DNA from: an uncultured Gemmatimonadaceae bacterium
Lineage (GTDB): Bacteria; Gemmatimonadota; Gemmatimonadetes; Gemmatimonadales; Gemmatimonadaceae
DNA: 64,000 nt
Reading direction: 5' to 3'
NCBI GenBank assembly: GCA_963790305.1
Contig: CAWBOC010000005.1
Span: 128,001-192,000 of the forward strand
The position numbers and the translations under genes are program-made. Below the pieces are notes generated by a model. That model saw only the letters and a list, made by a program, of their open reading frames with translations, made no database searches and was not told the DNA's origin. Below are positions 40,395 through 49,840 of this stretch, in pieces (position 1 is the first letter of the stretch; every line of letters starts with the position of its first letter).

Positions 40395-41195
40395 ATGAAA
40401 GTGCTGTTATGCGCTCTGGCGCTGGCTGCGGCACCGAGCCTCCTCGCCCAACAGGACGAGGACGAGTGGCTCGAGAACTGTCGCGATTACGACAACCGGC
40501 GTCGCGTTCCACATTGTGAGATCAGAAACACCGGCTATCGGCAGGCCGCCGGCGGGATGCTGACCGCGGAGCCGAACCAGAACGGTGGCGTCACGATTCG
40601 CGGGTGGGATCGGGATAGCGTACACGTGCAGGCCCGGATCCGTGCCACTGCGCGGACGGAGGACCAGGCTCGCGCCATGGCCGAGCAGGTCCGCATCGCC
40701 ACGGCCGGCGGCAACGTCAGCGCGCGTGGGCCAATGGCGGGCGGGAATGAGCACTGGTACGTGAGCTTCGTGATCTACGTCCCGCGCCGCACCAATGTGC
40801 GCGCTGAAACGCAGAACGGACCGATCGGGCTCAATCAGATCGAGGGCAACATTGACGTTCGCGCGGTCAACGGACCGATCTCGCTCCGGGACCTCGGCGG
40901 CGACGTGCGCGCTCGCGCCCAGAACGGCCCGATTTCCATCACACTTGGCGGTAGCCGCTGGAACGGCGCCGGCCTCGACGCGGAGACGCAGAACGGGCCG
41001 ATGGTGCTCTACGTGCCTGAGGGGTACAACGCGCAGCTCGAGACGGGAACCACCAACGGTCCCATGTCGATCGGCTTCCCGATCACGGTCATGGGCCGCG
41101 CACTGGAAAAGCGCATAACGACCACGCTCGGGAACGGCGGTCCCACGATTCGAGCGCGGACGCAGAATGGACCGTTGACGATCCGCAGACCCTGA
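40395..41195 (+). CDS. DUF4097-type beta-strand repeat (adhesin-like) exported protein
   Basis: GGAGG RBS, signal peptide and about 7 repeats of xx(T/A)(Q/V/T)NG(P/G)(I/M/V/L). Confidence 0.85.
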   Translation: MKVLLCALALAAAPSLLAQQDEDEWLENCRDYDNRRRVPHCEIRNTGYRQAAGGMLTAEPNQNGGVTIRGWDRDSVHVQARIRATARTEDQARAMAEQVRIATAGGNVSARGPMAGGNEHWYVSFVIYVPRRTNVRAETQNGPIGLNQIEGNIDVRAVNGPISLRDLGGDVRARAQNGPISITLGGSRWNGAGLDAETQNGPMVLYVPEGYNAQLETGTTNGPMSIGFPITVMGRALEKRITTTLGNGGPTIRARTQNGPLTIRRP

Positions 41196-41199
41196 GGGC

Positions 41200-41272
41200 G
41201 TCGAGGTAGGCGAGGTAGGCGAGGTGCTCGAGGGAACCCTTGAGCACCTCGAGCACATCGAGCACCTTGAGC
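41200..41272. repeat. Palindromic element, family C, copy 4
   Basis: GTCGAGGTAGGCGAGGTAGGCGAGGTGCTCGAGG ... CCTTGAGCACCTCGAGCACATCGAGCACCTTGAGC. Confidence 0.8.
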
Positions 41273-41275
41273 ATC

Positions 41276-43000
41276 ATGCGGGTCGCTCTCGTCGCCGCCG
41301 TTCTCACGCTGCCCGCCCGCGCGCTGGCGCAGGGCGATGCGCCACTTCCGGATTATGCGGTGGCCAGCGAGTTGGCGGTGCGGCGGACCGCGGAACGGGC
41401 GGTGCGCGGCTTCGAGCAGCGCCGCATGCGACTGCTTCCCGACATTCCCTCGTCGGTCGGCGGGTCCGGCGACATCATCATCGGCCGGTATCGTTATGCG
41501 GCCGGAGAGGCGGACGATCTCACTCCTCCGCCCGCCGAGCCGAGAGAGATTGCCGACCTGCGGCGATCACTGCTGCGCACGCTCGACTCCGCCTCACGTG
41601 CGGCGCGGCGTGACGAGTGGATTCGCGCCCGACTCGTGTGGTACGCCATCGAGGCTGGAGATACCGCCCTGGCCGTGGCCGCCGCTCATGGCTGCCGGGA
41701 TGACGAGCTGGCGTGGTGGTGCGACGCGTTGGTCGGCCTCGCATTACATGCGTCGCACGATTTCCTGGCGGCCGAGCGCGCTTTCGATCGCGCGCTCTCG
41801 GCAATGCCGGAGTCGACGCGATGCCGGTGGACCGATGTCAGCGTCCTGCTGGACGGCGACGCGGAACGGCTCGTCAGGCGCACGCCATGCGCGGACCGCG
41901 CGATGCTGGACGCGCGTCTCTGGTGGCTCGCCGATCCCTTTCATTCCGTCGAGGGAAACGAGCTGCGGAGCGAGCACTTCGCGCGACACACGTTCGCGAT
42001 GTTGCATGACCGGTGGCGAGCGTCGCATCCGCTGGGCTGGGGCTCGGACATGCGCGAGATCGTGCTCCGCTATGCATGGCCGGTGGCGTGGTCGCGCGAT
42101 CGCGTGCAGGAGCGCTCACCGACTCAGCCGGGATACTCGCCGGCCATCACCGGTCATGAGCCCAATCCCGCCTACGATTTCTTCCCCGACGGGGCGGCGC
42201 TCGAGTCCCCGTATGATGCGTCCGAGGCGAGCTGGCGTCTCAAGCGACCGCGCGCGACGACGCACTACGCCCATCCCAATGCTGCACCACTGCAGCCCCT
42301 TCGACATCAGATCGCCCGCTTTCGCCGAGGCGACTCGCTCCTCATCGTCGGCGCCTGGAATGCGACTGACGACACGCTGTTCAATAGCACGCCTGGACGA
42401 GTCGCATTCGTCGTCTCGAGTGACAACGGGCAACCAACCGTCATCGCCACATCCGAGGGCGTCGGCGCTCGCGGCGCGCTGATGCTCACGGTGCCCAACA
42501 CCGATCACATTGCGAGTCTCGAGCTCTTCGCCGGGAATTCGCGCGCCGCCGCCCGAGCGCGCCGAGGCGTCCGAGCGTTGGATCCCGCAAGCAGCGTTTC
42601 TGCATTCGACATTCTGCTGCTCGAACCAGGTGCGCAGCCGCGTTCGCTCGCGGAGGCGGTGCGTCACCTGCTCCCCGACGGGGAGCTCGATGCCGACCGC
42701 CGCGTCACGCTGTATTGGGAGATCTATGGTCTGGATTCCGCGATGCTCCCGCGCGTAACGGTGAGCGTGTCCCGGGTTCGCGCCTCACGCGCGCGCCGGC
42801 TGGCGGAGAAGCTCGGGCTCCGTGAGGAGCCCCAACCCGTGCAGATGCAGTGGCAGACCGACGCGCCCGCCGCGGCGGGTAGCGTCACGCTGGATCTGCG
42901 CGACCGTCCGGCGGGCACGTGGCGTGTCTCGATCACAGTCGCCCTTCCCGATGGCGTTATTGCGACCGCAAATCGGGAGCTGGTGCTTCGCGCCCCTTAG
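41276..43000 (+). CDS. Exported protein with TPR-like region and divergent GWxTD-like domain
   Basis: Signal peptide; LWWLADPF...GNELRSEHFAR and GWGSDMREIVLRYAWP resemble GWxTD motifs. Confidence 0.65.
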   Translation: MRVALVAAVLTLPARALAQGDAPLPDYAVASELAVRRTAERAVRGFEQRRMRLLPDIPSSVGGSGDIIIGRYRYAAGEADDLTPPPAEPREIADLRRSLLRTLDSASRAARRDEWIRARLVWYAIEAGDTALAVAAAHGCRDDELAWWCDALVGLALHASHDFLAAERAFDRALSAMPESTRCRWTDVSVLLDGDAERLVRRTPCADRAMLDARLWWLADPFHSVEGNELRSEHFARHTFAMLHDRWRASHPLGWGSDMREIVLRYAWPVAWSRDRVQERSPTQPGYSPAITGHEPNPAYDFFPDGAALESPYDASEASWRLKRPRATTHYAHPNAAPLQPLRHQIARFRRGDSLLIVGAWNATDDTLFNSTPGRVAFVVSSDNGQPTVIATSEGVGARGALMLTVPNTDHIASLELFAGNSRAAARARRGVRALDPASSVSAFDILLLEPGAQPRSLAEAVRHLLPDGELDADRRVTLYWEIYGLDSAMLPRVTVSVSRVRASRARRLAEKLGLREEPQPVQMQWQTDAPAAAGSVTLDLRDRPAGTWRVSITVALPDGVIATANRELVLRAP

Positions 43001-43014
43001 GAGCTACTGGGTAG

Positions 43015-43359
43015 TTAGAAATCGACCTCGCGCACCTCGATCCGGCCCGAATACTTCACGTGCGGACACCCGCTGGCGACTGACACTGCGTCGTCGTAGT
43101 TCTTCGCCTCGATCGTGTAGAAGCCCCCGATCACTTCCGAGGCCTCGGCATACGGGCCGTCGCGCACCACCGTCGAGCCGCTGCCGGCAATGTGCTTTCC
43201 ACCTTCGTCCTTCAGCTTCATCGACGGCCCCAGCTTGCCGCGGTCGGCGAGCCCGCGGCCCCACGCGTTGTACTCCTCGATGATTCGCTGCATATCCTCG
43301 GGCGTCACGTTCGCGAAGTCGGCGGGACGGTCATAGAGGATCAGCATGAACTTTGACAT
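43015..43359 (-). CDS. YciI/DGPF-family protein
   Basis: KFMLILY, DGPYAEASEVIGGFY and IEVREV; AAGGAG RBS. Confidence 0.9.
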   Translation of the reverse strand: MSKFMLILYDRPADFANVTPEDMQRIIEEYNAWGRGLADRGKLGPSMKLKDEGGKHIAGSGSTVVRDGPYAEASEVIGGFYTIEAKNYDDAVSVASGCPHVKYSGRIEVREVDF

Positions 43360-43376
43360 GGAGTCTCCTTGAAGGT

Positions 43377-44672
43377 TCACGCACTAGACGGACGGAGCCC
43401 GGCGTTTTCGACATCTCCGGTATCGGCGCATTCGCGCACCCGCCTCTCGAGAAAGCGCCGGACGGGAGCCGACCCCGAGCGCTCGGCGGCTCGGCCAAAG
43501 TGTGCGCCGGCCTCCGGGTATCGCCCGAGTCGTCGGAGCATCTCACCCAAGGCGGCATCAGAAGGAGGGTACCGGCGCAAGACGCTCTGGCCCGCCAACG
43601 CTTCCAAGGCGGTCAATCCGGCCGCTGGTCCGAACACTTCAGCGACAGCTACAGCTTTGTTTAGCGCCACTATCGGCGAATCGATGATTTCCATCAGACT
43701 GTCGTACAGCTCGAGGACGCGCTTCCAGTTCGTGGCCTCCCAGCTCGGCGCCAGCGTGTGGCAGGCGGCCAACTCCGCTTCGATGTGATACCGCGTCAGC
43801 TGGTCGCCCGACGCTGACCGCTCGAGGTGCCGGAGCCCAGCCGCCATGTGCGCCCGATCCCAGCTCGACCTGTCTTGCTCCGCGAGCAGGAGAAGCTCGC
43901 CCTCGGAGTCCGCGCGGGCATCGAAGCGCGCCGCGGTCAGGTGGAAAAGCGCCATGAGCGCGTGGACTTCGGGTCGCGCAAGTGACCCCTGGCGAAGCAG
44001 GAGCGCGCCCAGTCGCATCGCCTCCTCCGACACATCGCGGCGCAGCAACGCGTCCCCGGCGTGCGCGGTGTGGCCCTCCGTGAACATGGCGTAGAGCACG
44101 TCCAGCACCGACTCGAGGCGCTCCGGCAGCTCTGGACCCTCCGGCATCTCGAAGGCGAGGCCCGCCTCGCGGATGCGCCGCTTCGCCCGGACCAGCCGCT
44201 GATGAATCGCCGTCTCCTCAGCGAGAAACGCACGAGCGATCTCCCGTGCCCCGAAACCGCCGGCGAGCTTCAGCGTGAGCGTGACGCGCGCCTCGGCGGG
44301 GATCGACGGGTGACAACAAATGAAGATCATCCGAAGCTGGTCATCCAGAATTACCGGGTCGTCGAGGGAGACGGAGGAGTCAGGGTCACCCCACTGCGCG
44401 ATCTCTTCCCGAATGCGCATCTCGCGATCGTGCGCGAGGTGCTCGTGGCGCAGCACGTCGAGCGCACGATGCTTCGCGACCTGCACGAGCCACGCGGTGG
44501 GGTTTTCGGGAATGCCGTCACGTGGCCAGCGTCCCAGCGCAGCCAGCAGCGCCTCCTGCACAACGTCCTCGATCAGCTCGATGCGCGCAGGACCGAGGAT
44601 ACGCGCAAGCGTTGCCGTCATGCGCGCAGCGTCGTGGCGAAAGAGGTGGTCGACGAGCGCGGGAACGGACAA
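43377..44672 (-). CDS. ECF42-type sigma factor with C-terminal TPR extension
   Basis: EDVVQEALL, DDQLRMIFICCHP, LYAMFTEG, LAEQDRSSWD and SPIVALN; TTG start. Confidence 0.9.
   Translation of the reverse strand: MSVPALVDHLFRHDAARMTATLARILGPARIELIEDVVQEALLAALGRWPRDGIPENPTAWLVQVAKHRALDVLRHEHLAHDREMRIREEIAQWGDPDSSVSLDDPVILDDQLRMIFICCHPSIPAEARVTLTLKLAGGFGAREIARAFLAEETAIHQRLVRAKRRIREAGLAFEMPEGPELPERLESVLDVLYAMFTEGHTAHAGDALLRRDVSEEAMRLGALLLRQGSLARPEVHALMALFHLTAARFDARADSEGELLLLAEQDRSSWDRAHMAAGLRHLERSASGDQLTRYHIEAELAACHTLAPSWEATNWKRVLELYDSLMEIIDSPIVALNKAVAVAEVFGPAAGLTALEALAGQSVLRRYPPSDAALGEMLRRLGRYPEAGAHFGRAAERSGSAPVRRFLERRVRECADTGDVENAGLRPSSA
43387..43413 (-). promoter_or_regulatory. Candidate ECF42 target promoter for yciI
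   Basis: TGTCGA-N17-CGTC on the minus strand, within the last codons of the sigma gene. Confidence 0.6.
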
Positions 44673-44719
44673 GCGAAGGTCGCGGTACGTGGATGCCGTG
44701 AAGGGAGGCGCGTACCCGG

Positions 44720-44748
44720 AGAATGATCGTTATGCCAAACCCCGTCAA
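44720..44748 (-). promoter_or_regulatory. Sigma70-type promoter for the ECF42 gene
   Basis: TTGACG-N17-CATTCT on the minus strand. Confidence 0.5.
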
Positions 44749-44856
44749 CGTTCTTCTCCAAATGCTCACGTCTCGCCCCAGGTGAGGCGTTGACTTCCAA
44801 TGTGCGGCTCGCACATTAGCGGCCACCCTCGACCTCCTTCCGCTCTCAAGCTCGCA

Positions 44857-45751
44857 ATGCGACTGAGCCTTCGCTCGATTCCCGGATTTCGCCGTCTGTT
44901 CAAGCCATCGCACGACGAACGGAGGCGGCACGCGGCACAGGAGGCTCAGCGTCGCGTACAGCAGGAGCTGTATCTGCTCCATCTGCTGCAGACGCCCCGC
45001 TATGCCGATCCGCGCCACCTCGCGCACTTCGAAGCTCAAGTGTTCTCGCAGAACGGTGAGGATGGGATCATCAGCGAGATTCTGCGACGCGTCGGCACCA
45101 CCGACCGGTTCTTCGTCGAGATCGGGGCGGGCCATGGCATCGAAGGGAATACGGCGTATCTGCTGCGAAAGGGATGGAAGGGCATTCTGGCTCGAAGCCG
45201 ATCCGCGCGCCGTCCGCTCCATTCAGACGCACTTTGCCGCCGAGCTGGAGAGCGGCCAGCTCCGGCTCGTGCATTCCTTCGTCACGCGCGAAAACGCGGC
45301 CGATCTGCTGACCGGCGCGCGCGTGCCCGGCGAGTTCGACGTCCTCTCGATCGATGTCGATCGAAATACGTCACACGTCTGGCGAGCCCTCGCCGCGTTT
45401 CGGCCACGTCTCCTCATCATCGAATACAACGCGTCGATCCCCGCGTCCGATGAGTGGGAGGTGCCTTACGACGCGGACGCGGTGTGGGACGAGTCGTCCT
45501 ACTTTGGAGCGAGTCTCAAGTCGCTCGAGCGGATCGGCGCCGAGCGTGGGTACGTGGTCGTCGCGTGCGAGCGCACGGGCCTGAACGCGTTCTTCGTTCG
45601 CGCCGATGCCGCCGCGAATCAGTTTCCGGGTCCCTTGAATTCGGAAGCATGCTATGAGCCGCCGCGCTACTTTCTCACGCGCGAATGGGGACATCCTCGG
45701 CGCTGGATCGAGGAGCGACTTCAGCGTCGCCGCACATGGGCCTCGGAGTAA
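44857..45751 (+). CDS. FkbM-like methyltransferase-family protein; split by a probable extra base near 45185
   Basis: FSQNGEDGII and FVEIGAGHGIEGNT in ORF 44800; DVLSIDVD, IIEYNA and GLNAFFVR in ORF 45002. Confidence 0.8.
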
Positions 45752-45778
45752 TAGCGGCTGTGCGGCCAGCCGAATTCT

Positions 45779-46954
45779 TCACCCCTCACTCCTCGTTCCA
45801 CTCTTCAGCATTACCCACCCCGCCATACCGGCGACGAGCGAGGCGCCGAGAATGCCAAGCTTCGCCGAGTCGAGCAGATTGGCATCGGTGAATGCGAGGC
45901 CGGCGATGAAGAGCGACATCGTGAAGCCTATGCCACCCAGCCAGCTCACGCCGTGAAGTGCGCGCCACGACGTTTGGGCAGGCAACGTTGCCAGGCCGAA
46001 TCGCACCGCCATCCAGGAAAAGAACGTGATGCCGATCGGCTTGCCGAATACGAGTCCGAGCACGACGCCCGACGTCACCGGTAGCGACAGCGAGTCGAGG
46101 AGACCGCCGACTGCTACGCCCGCGTTCGCGAGCGCGAACAGCGGCATGATGAAGAAAGCCACTGGTCCATGGAGACTGCGCTCCATCGTGAACAGCGGTG
46201 ACTCGACATCGAGAGACTCCTCTTCGTCCACACGCGCGCGCGCGGGAATCGTCATCGCCAACACGACACCGGCAACGGTGGCATGGACGCCCGACTTGAG
46301 AAACGCCAGCCACAATAGCACGCCAAGAGCGAGATAGGGCGCCGGGCGCCGAACCCCGAGAACGTTGAGGCCAATCAGCGCCGCAAGAATTCCTGCGCCG
46401 ACCAGCAGCGAGTAATAGGCAAGCCCGCTCGTGTAGAACAGCGCGATCACCATGACCGCGCCAAGATCGTCAGCGATCGCAAGGGCGGTGAGGAAGACCT
46501 TGAGCCCCACCGGAACCCGCGGACCGAGGAGCGCAAGAACGCCAAGGGCGAACGCGATGTCGGTCGCCATCGGGATACCCCATCCTGCGCTTCCAGGGCC
46601 GCCGGCGTTGAGCGCCGCATAGATGAGCGCGGGGACGATCATTCCGCCCAGCGCTCCCGCGATCGGGAGCGCCGCCTGACGCGGTGTCGAGAGCTCGCCC
46701 ACCAGCATCTCGCGCTTGATCTCGAGGCCGACGACGAAGAAAAACACCGCCATCAACCCATCATTGATCCAGTGGTGCAGGGACATGTCGAGCGCGTGCC
46801 ACCCGACGCGGATGCCGATGTTGGTCTCCCAGAGGTGGAAATAGCTGTCGCCCCATGGCGAGTTGGCCCACAGCAATGCGACGGCCGCGCACACGAGCAG
46901 CACGATTCCGCCGGCCGACTCGGTATGCGCGAAACGTTGGAATGGACGTAGCAT
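45779..46954 (-). CDS. nhaA: Na+/H+ antiporter NhaA
   Basis: WINDGLMAVFF, GWGIPMATDIAF, ALAIADDLGA and GIGFTMSLFI. Confidence 0.96.
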   Translation of the reverse strand: MLRPFQRFAHTESAGGIVLLVCAAVALLWANSPWGDSYFHLWETNIGIRVGWHALDMSLHHWINDGLMAVFFFVVGLEIKREMLVGELSTPRQAALPIAGALGGMIVPALIYAALNAGGPGSAGWGIPMATDIAFALGVLALLGPRVPVGLKVFLTALAIADDLGAVMVIALFYTSGLAYYSLLVGAGILAALIGLNVLGVRRPAPYLALGVLLWLAFLKSGVHATVAGVVLAMTIPARARVDEEESLDVESPLFTMERSLHGPVAFFIMPLFALANAGVAVGGLLDSLSLPVTSGVVLGLVFGKPIGITFFSWMAVRFGLATLPAQTSWRALHGVSWLGGIGFTMSLFIAGLAFTDANLLDSAKLGILGASLVAGMAGWVMLKSGTRSEG

Positions 46955-47763
46955 CACGGGGCGGTCGCCGACGTCTCCCACATGCGGCTCGCCAGCTCGC
47001 GGACGAGCTTCGCGCACACGTGGCTCGTTAGGTCTCCGACATCGCGCGAGGGGTTGAACTCGACGACGTCGGCACCGACCAGCGGGCCTTCGACCGTCTG
47101 GATGACGCTCAGGACCTCGCGAACGCTGAGCCCGCCGGGCTCCCGGTGCGACACTCCCGGCGCGAAGGCTGGATCCACCCCATCGATGTCGACGGAGACG
47201 TAGACGGGACCGTGCACTCTGGGTCGCGCTCCGGCGGTCCATGCCCGCATGTCGATCACGTCAACCTCGAACCGATCGGCCTGGGCGCGCTGGTGCGCAT
47301 TCATGGCCCGGATGCCGACCTGCACGAGGCGATCAGCGAGCTCGCCTTCCATGATGCGCGCGAACGGACAGGCGTGAGACAGCCGGTCGCCGTCGAACAG
47401 GTCGTAAAGATCGGGGTGCGCATCGAACTGGAGAATGGTGAGCTTCGGCCACCGTGCGCGGACCGCGCGAACGATCGGGAAGGTGATGGAGTGATCCCCG
47501 CCCAGTGAGATCGGACAGCCACCACGCGCGAGCACGGCTGCCACCGCGTCGGTGATGCTCGCGGTGGGATCACCGGTGCCGGCGAAATCGACATCGCCTG
47601 CGTCCGCGAGAGCTCCCGGCGCACGGAGATCGATCAGGGCTTCGCTGACGCCATTCCCCGCGTCGGACGCGAGCTCACGCCGAATCAGCGCCGGGCCCGC
47701 CGCGGCGCCACGGAGAAACGATGACGCCCCATCGAACGGAACACCGATCAGCGTCGGCGTCAC
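46954..47763 (-). CDS. Ureohydrolase (agmatinase/arginase family)
   Basis: GGDHSIT, FDAHPD, SHACPF, VDIDGVDP and VEFNP. Confidence 0.92.
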   Translation of the reverse strand: MTPTLIGVPFDGASSFLRGAAAGPALIRRELASDAGNGVSEALIDLRAPGALADAGDVDFAGTGDPTASITDAVAAVLARGGCPISLGGDHSITFPIVRAVRARWPKLTILQFDAHPDLYDLFDGDRLSHACPFARIMEGELADRLVQVGIRAMNAHQRAQADRFEVDVIDMRAWTAGARPRVHGPVYVSVDIDGVDPAFAPGVSHREPGGLSVREVLSVIQTVEGPLVGADVVEFNPSRDVGDLTSHVCAKLVRELASRMWETSATAP

Positions 47764-47767
47764 CGTC

Positions 47768-48694
47768 CTACCGAAAGACGTTCTGCACGACGAACCACAT
47801 GTTCGCGGGACGCTCCGCGAGCCGGCGCATGTACCACGGGAACCAGTTCGTGCCGTAGCTGATCAGCGTCCGCACTCTCGTGCCGGCGGTGGCGAGCGCA
47901 CGCTGAGTCTGCGTCGCGATCCCGTACAGCATGTGAACTTCATACGCGCGCGGCGGCAGGCGTCGCCCATTCGCATGCATGCGAAGCGCTTCGATCAGTC
48001 GAGCGTCGTGGGTGCCCAATACGGGCAGGCCATGGCCGCGCGCAGCCTGGTCGAGGAGGCGTCGCCCCATCGAGAGATAGGCCGCGTCGATGTCCTGGCG
48101 TCGCGTCAGCGCGCGGGCCGCGGGCTCTCGATAGGCACCCTTCACCAGGCGAATCGAGGGTTGCAGCGGCAGCAGCGTCTCGATGTCCATCGGCGTTCGG
48201 TGCAGGTAGGCCTGGAGGCATAGTCCGACGTTCGCGTGCGACGCGCGAATCTCACGGAAGATGCCCAGCGTCGCGTCGACGTAGTGCGATTCCTCCATGT
48301 CGATCCACACGAACGAGCCGACCGTCGCCGCGTGGGCCGCGAGACGCGCCACATCGGCTGCGCACGCATCGCGGCCGGCGTCGAGCCCGAGGTGCGTGAG
48401 CTTCACGGACAGCTGCGTGGGAAGCGAGCGCGCCTTGATCGCATCGAGGGCGCCGAGATAGTGCTCCCGCACGGCGGCTGCCTCGCCCCGCGTCGTCACG
48501 CGCTCGCCCAGATTCGTGATGACGGAGCCGAGATCTTCGGCGGCGAGCACGGCGGCCGCGTCGAGAGCGGCGCCGAGCTCCTCGCCAGGGAGGAAGCTCT
48601 TCACCGCACGCCGCGTGAACTCGTGCTTCCGGAACTGGTTGGCCAGCCACTCGCTGCGCGAGGCGCGCAAAAGGGCCGTGCGGGCAAGGGACAT
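47768..48694 (-). CDS. Monofunctional proline dehydrogenase
   Basis: SVKLTHLG, WIDME, CLQAYL, RLVKGAY, GTHD and YMRRLAERPAN. Confidence 0.93.
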   Translation of the reverse strand: MSLARTALLRASRSEWLANQFRKHEFTRRAVKSFLPGEELGAALDAAAVLAAEDLGSVITNLGERVTTRGEAAAVREHYLGALDAIKARSLPTQLSVKLTHLGLDAGRDACAADVARLAAHAATVGSFVWIDMEESHYVDATLGIFREIRASHANVGLCLQAYLHRTPMDIETLLPLQPSIRLVKGAYREPAARALTRRQDIDAAYLSMGRRLLDQAARGHGLPVLGTHDARLIEALRMHANGRRLPPRAYEVHMLYGIATQTQRALATAGTRVRTLISYGTNWFPWYMRRLAERPANMWFVVQNVFR

Positions 48695-48814
48695 GAGCGC
48701 GAGGTTAGCGATCCGCGGCGCCAGCGTCCAGTGCTGCGCGCCAGGCGCTAAATTTCAGGTCAGGGGTCCCGGCAGCCGCCGAGCACAACACTTCCCTTCT
48801 CACCGAGATACCCG

Positions 48815-49840
48815 CTGCTCCTTCGCTCCACCGACCGCGGCTTTTACTGCGAAGCCGGCGGCTTCTTCATCGACCCCTGGGCGCCCGTCGATCGCGCGGT
48901 GATCACGCACGCACATGGAGATCACGCCCGCTGGGGATCTCGACACTACCTCGCCTCGCACGAGGGACGTCATGTCCTGCGAACGCGGCTCGGCCCGGGC
49001 GCGCATATCGAGACCGTCGAGTACGGGAGACCGGTCGACATCAACGGCGTTCGCGTATCGCTTCACCCCGCCGGTCACATCCTCGGCTCCGCGCAGGTGC
49101 GCGTGGAGCATCGCGGAGAGGTGTGGGTCGTGTCCGGCGACTACAAGACCGAGCCCGACCCAACGTGTGCGCCATTCGAGGCCGTGCGTTGCCACACGTT
49201 CGTGACGGAGTCCACGTTCGGCCTGCCCATCTATCGGTGGCGGCCGCAGCAGGACGTCTTCGCCGAGATCCGAGCGTGGTGGGGCGCCAATCGTGAGGCG
49301 GGGCGCGCCTCCGTCATCTTCGGCTACGCCCTCGGGAAGGCGCAGCGCGTGCTGGCCGCGTTCACGAACGGCGGCGAAGGGCCGATCTACACGCACGGAG
49401 CGGTGGAGCGGCTCACCCGTGACTATCGCGATTCCGGCGTCGCGCTTCCGTCCACGACCTATGCTTCCAACATCCAGCGCGGCCATGCCTGGGGAGGCGC
49501 GCTCATCGTGGCGCCGCCATCGGCAATGGGCTCGACCTGGCTGCGCCGGTTCGGCGCGTCCTCTACCGCGTTCGCATCCGGGTGGATGCAGATCCGCGGG
49601 GCGCGTCGCCGGCGTTCGGTCGATCGTGGCTTCGTACTCTCCGATCACGTGGACTGGCCGTCGTTGCTGGAGACCATCAAGGCTACGGGCGCCGGCCGAG
49701 TGCTCGTGACACACGGCTATCGCGAGCCCGTCGTGCGTTGGCTCACCGAGCACGGCATCGAAGCACAGGTCGCCGCCAGTCAGTGGGAGGGTGAGCTCGA
49801 CTCCGAAGTGGAGCTGGCCGAGGGAGAATCACCGGCGTGA
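48815..49840 (+). CDS. Ligase-associated DNA damage response exonuclease (metallo-beta-lactamase/beta-CASP); start codon uncertain
   Basis: THAHGDH, AGHILGSA, TESTFG, YALGKAQR and LSDHVD; conserved-looking N-terminus (TDRGFYC...IDPW) lies upstream of the called GTG 48899. Confidence 0.9.
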   Translation: MLLRSTDRGFYCEAGGFFIDPWAPVDRAVITHAHGDHARWGSRHYLASHEGRHVLRTRLGPGAHIETVEYGRPVDINGVRVSLHPAGHILGSAQVRVEHRGEVWVVSGDYKTEPDPTCAPFEAVRCHTFVTESTFGLPIYRWRPQQDVFAEIRAWWGANREAGRASVIFGYALGKAQRVLAAFTNGGEGPIYTHGAVERLTRDYRDSGVALPSTTYASNIQRGHAWGGALIVAPPSAMGSTWLRRFGASSTAFASGWMQIRGARRRRSVDRGFVLSDHVDWPSLLETIKATGAGRVLVTHGYREPVVRWLTEHGIEAQVAASQWEGELDSEVELAEGESPA

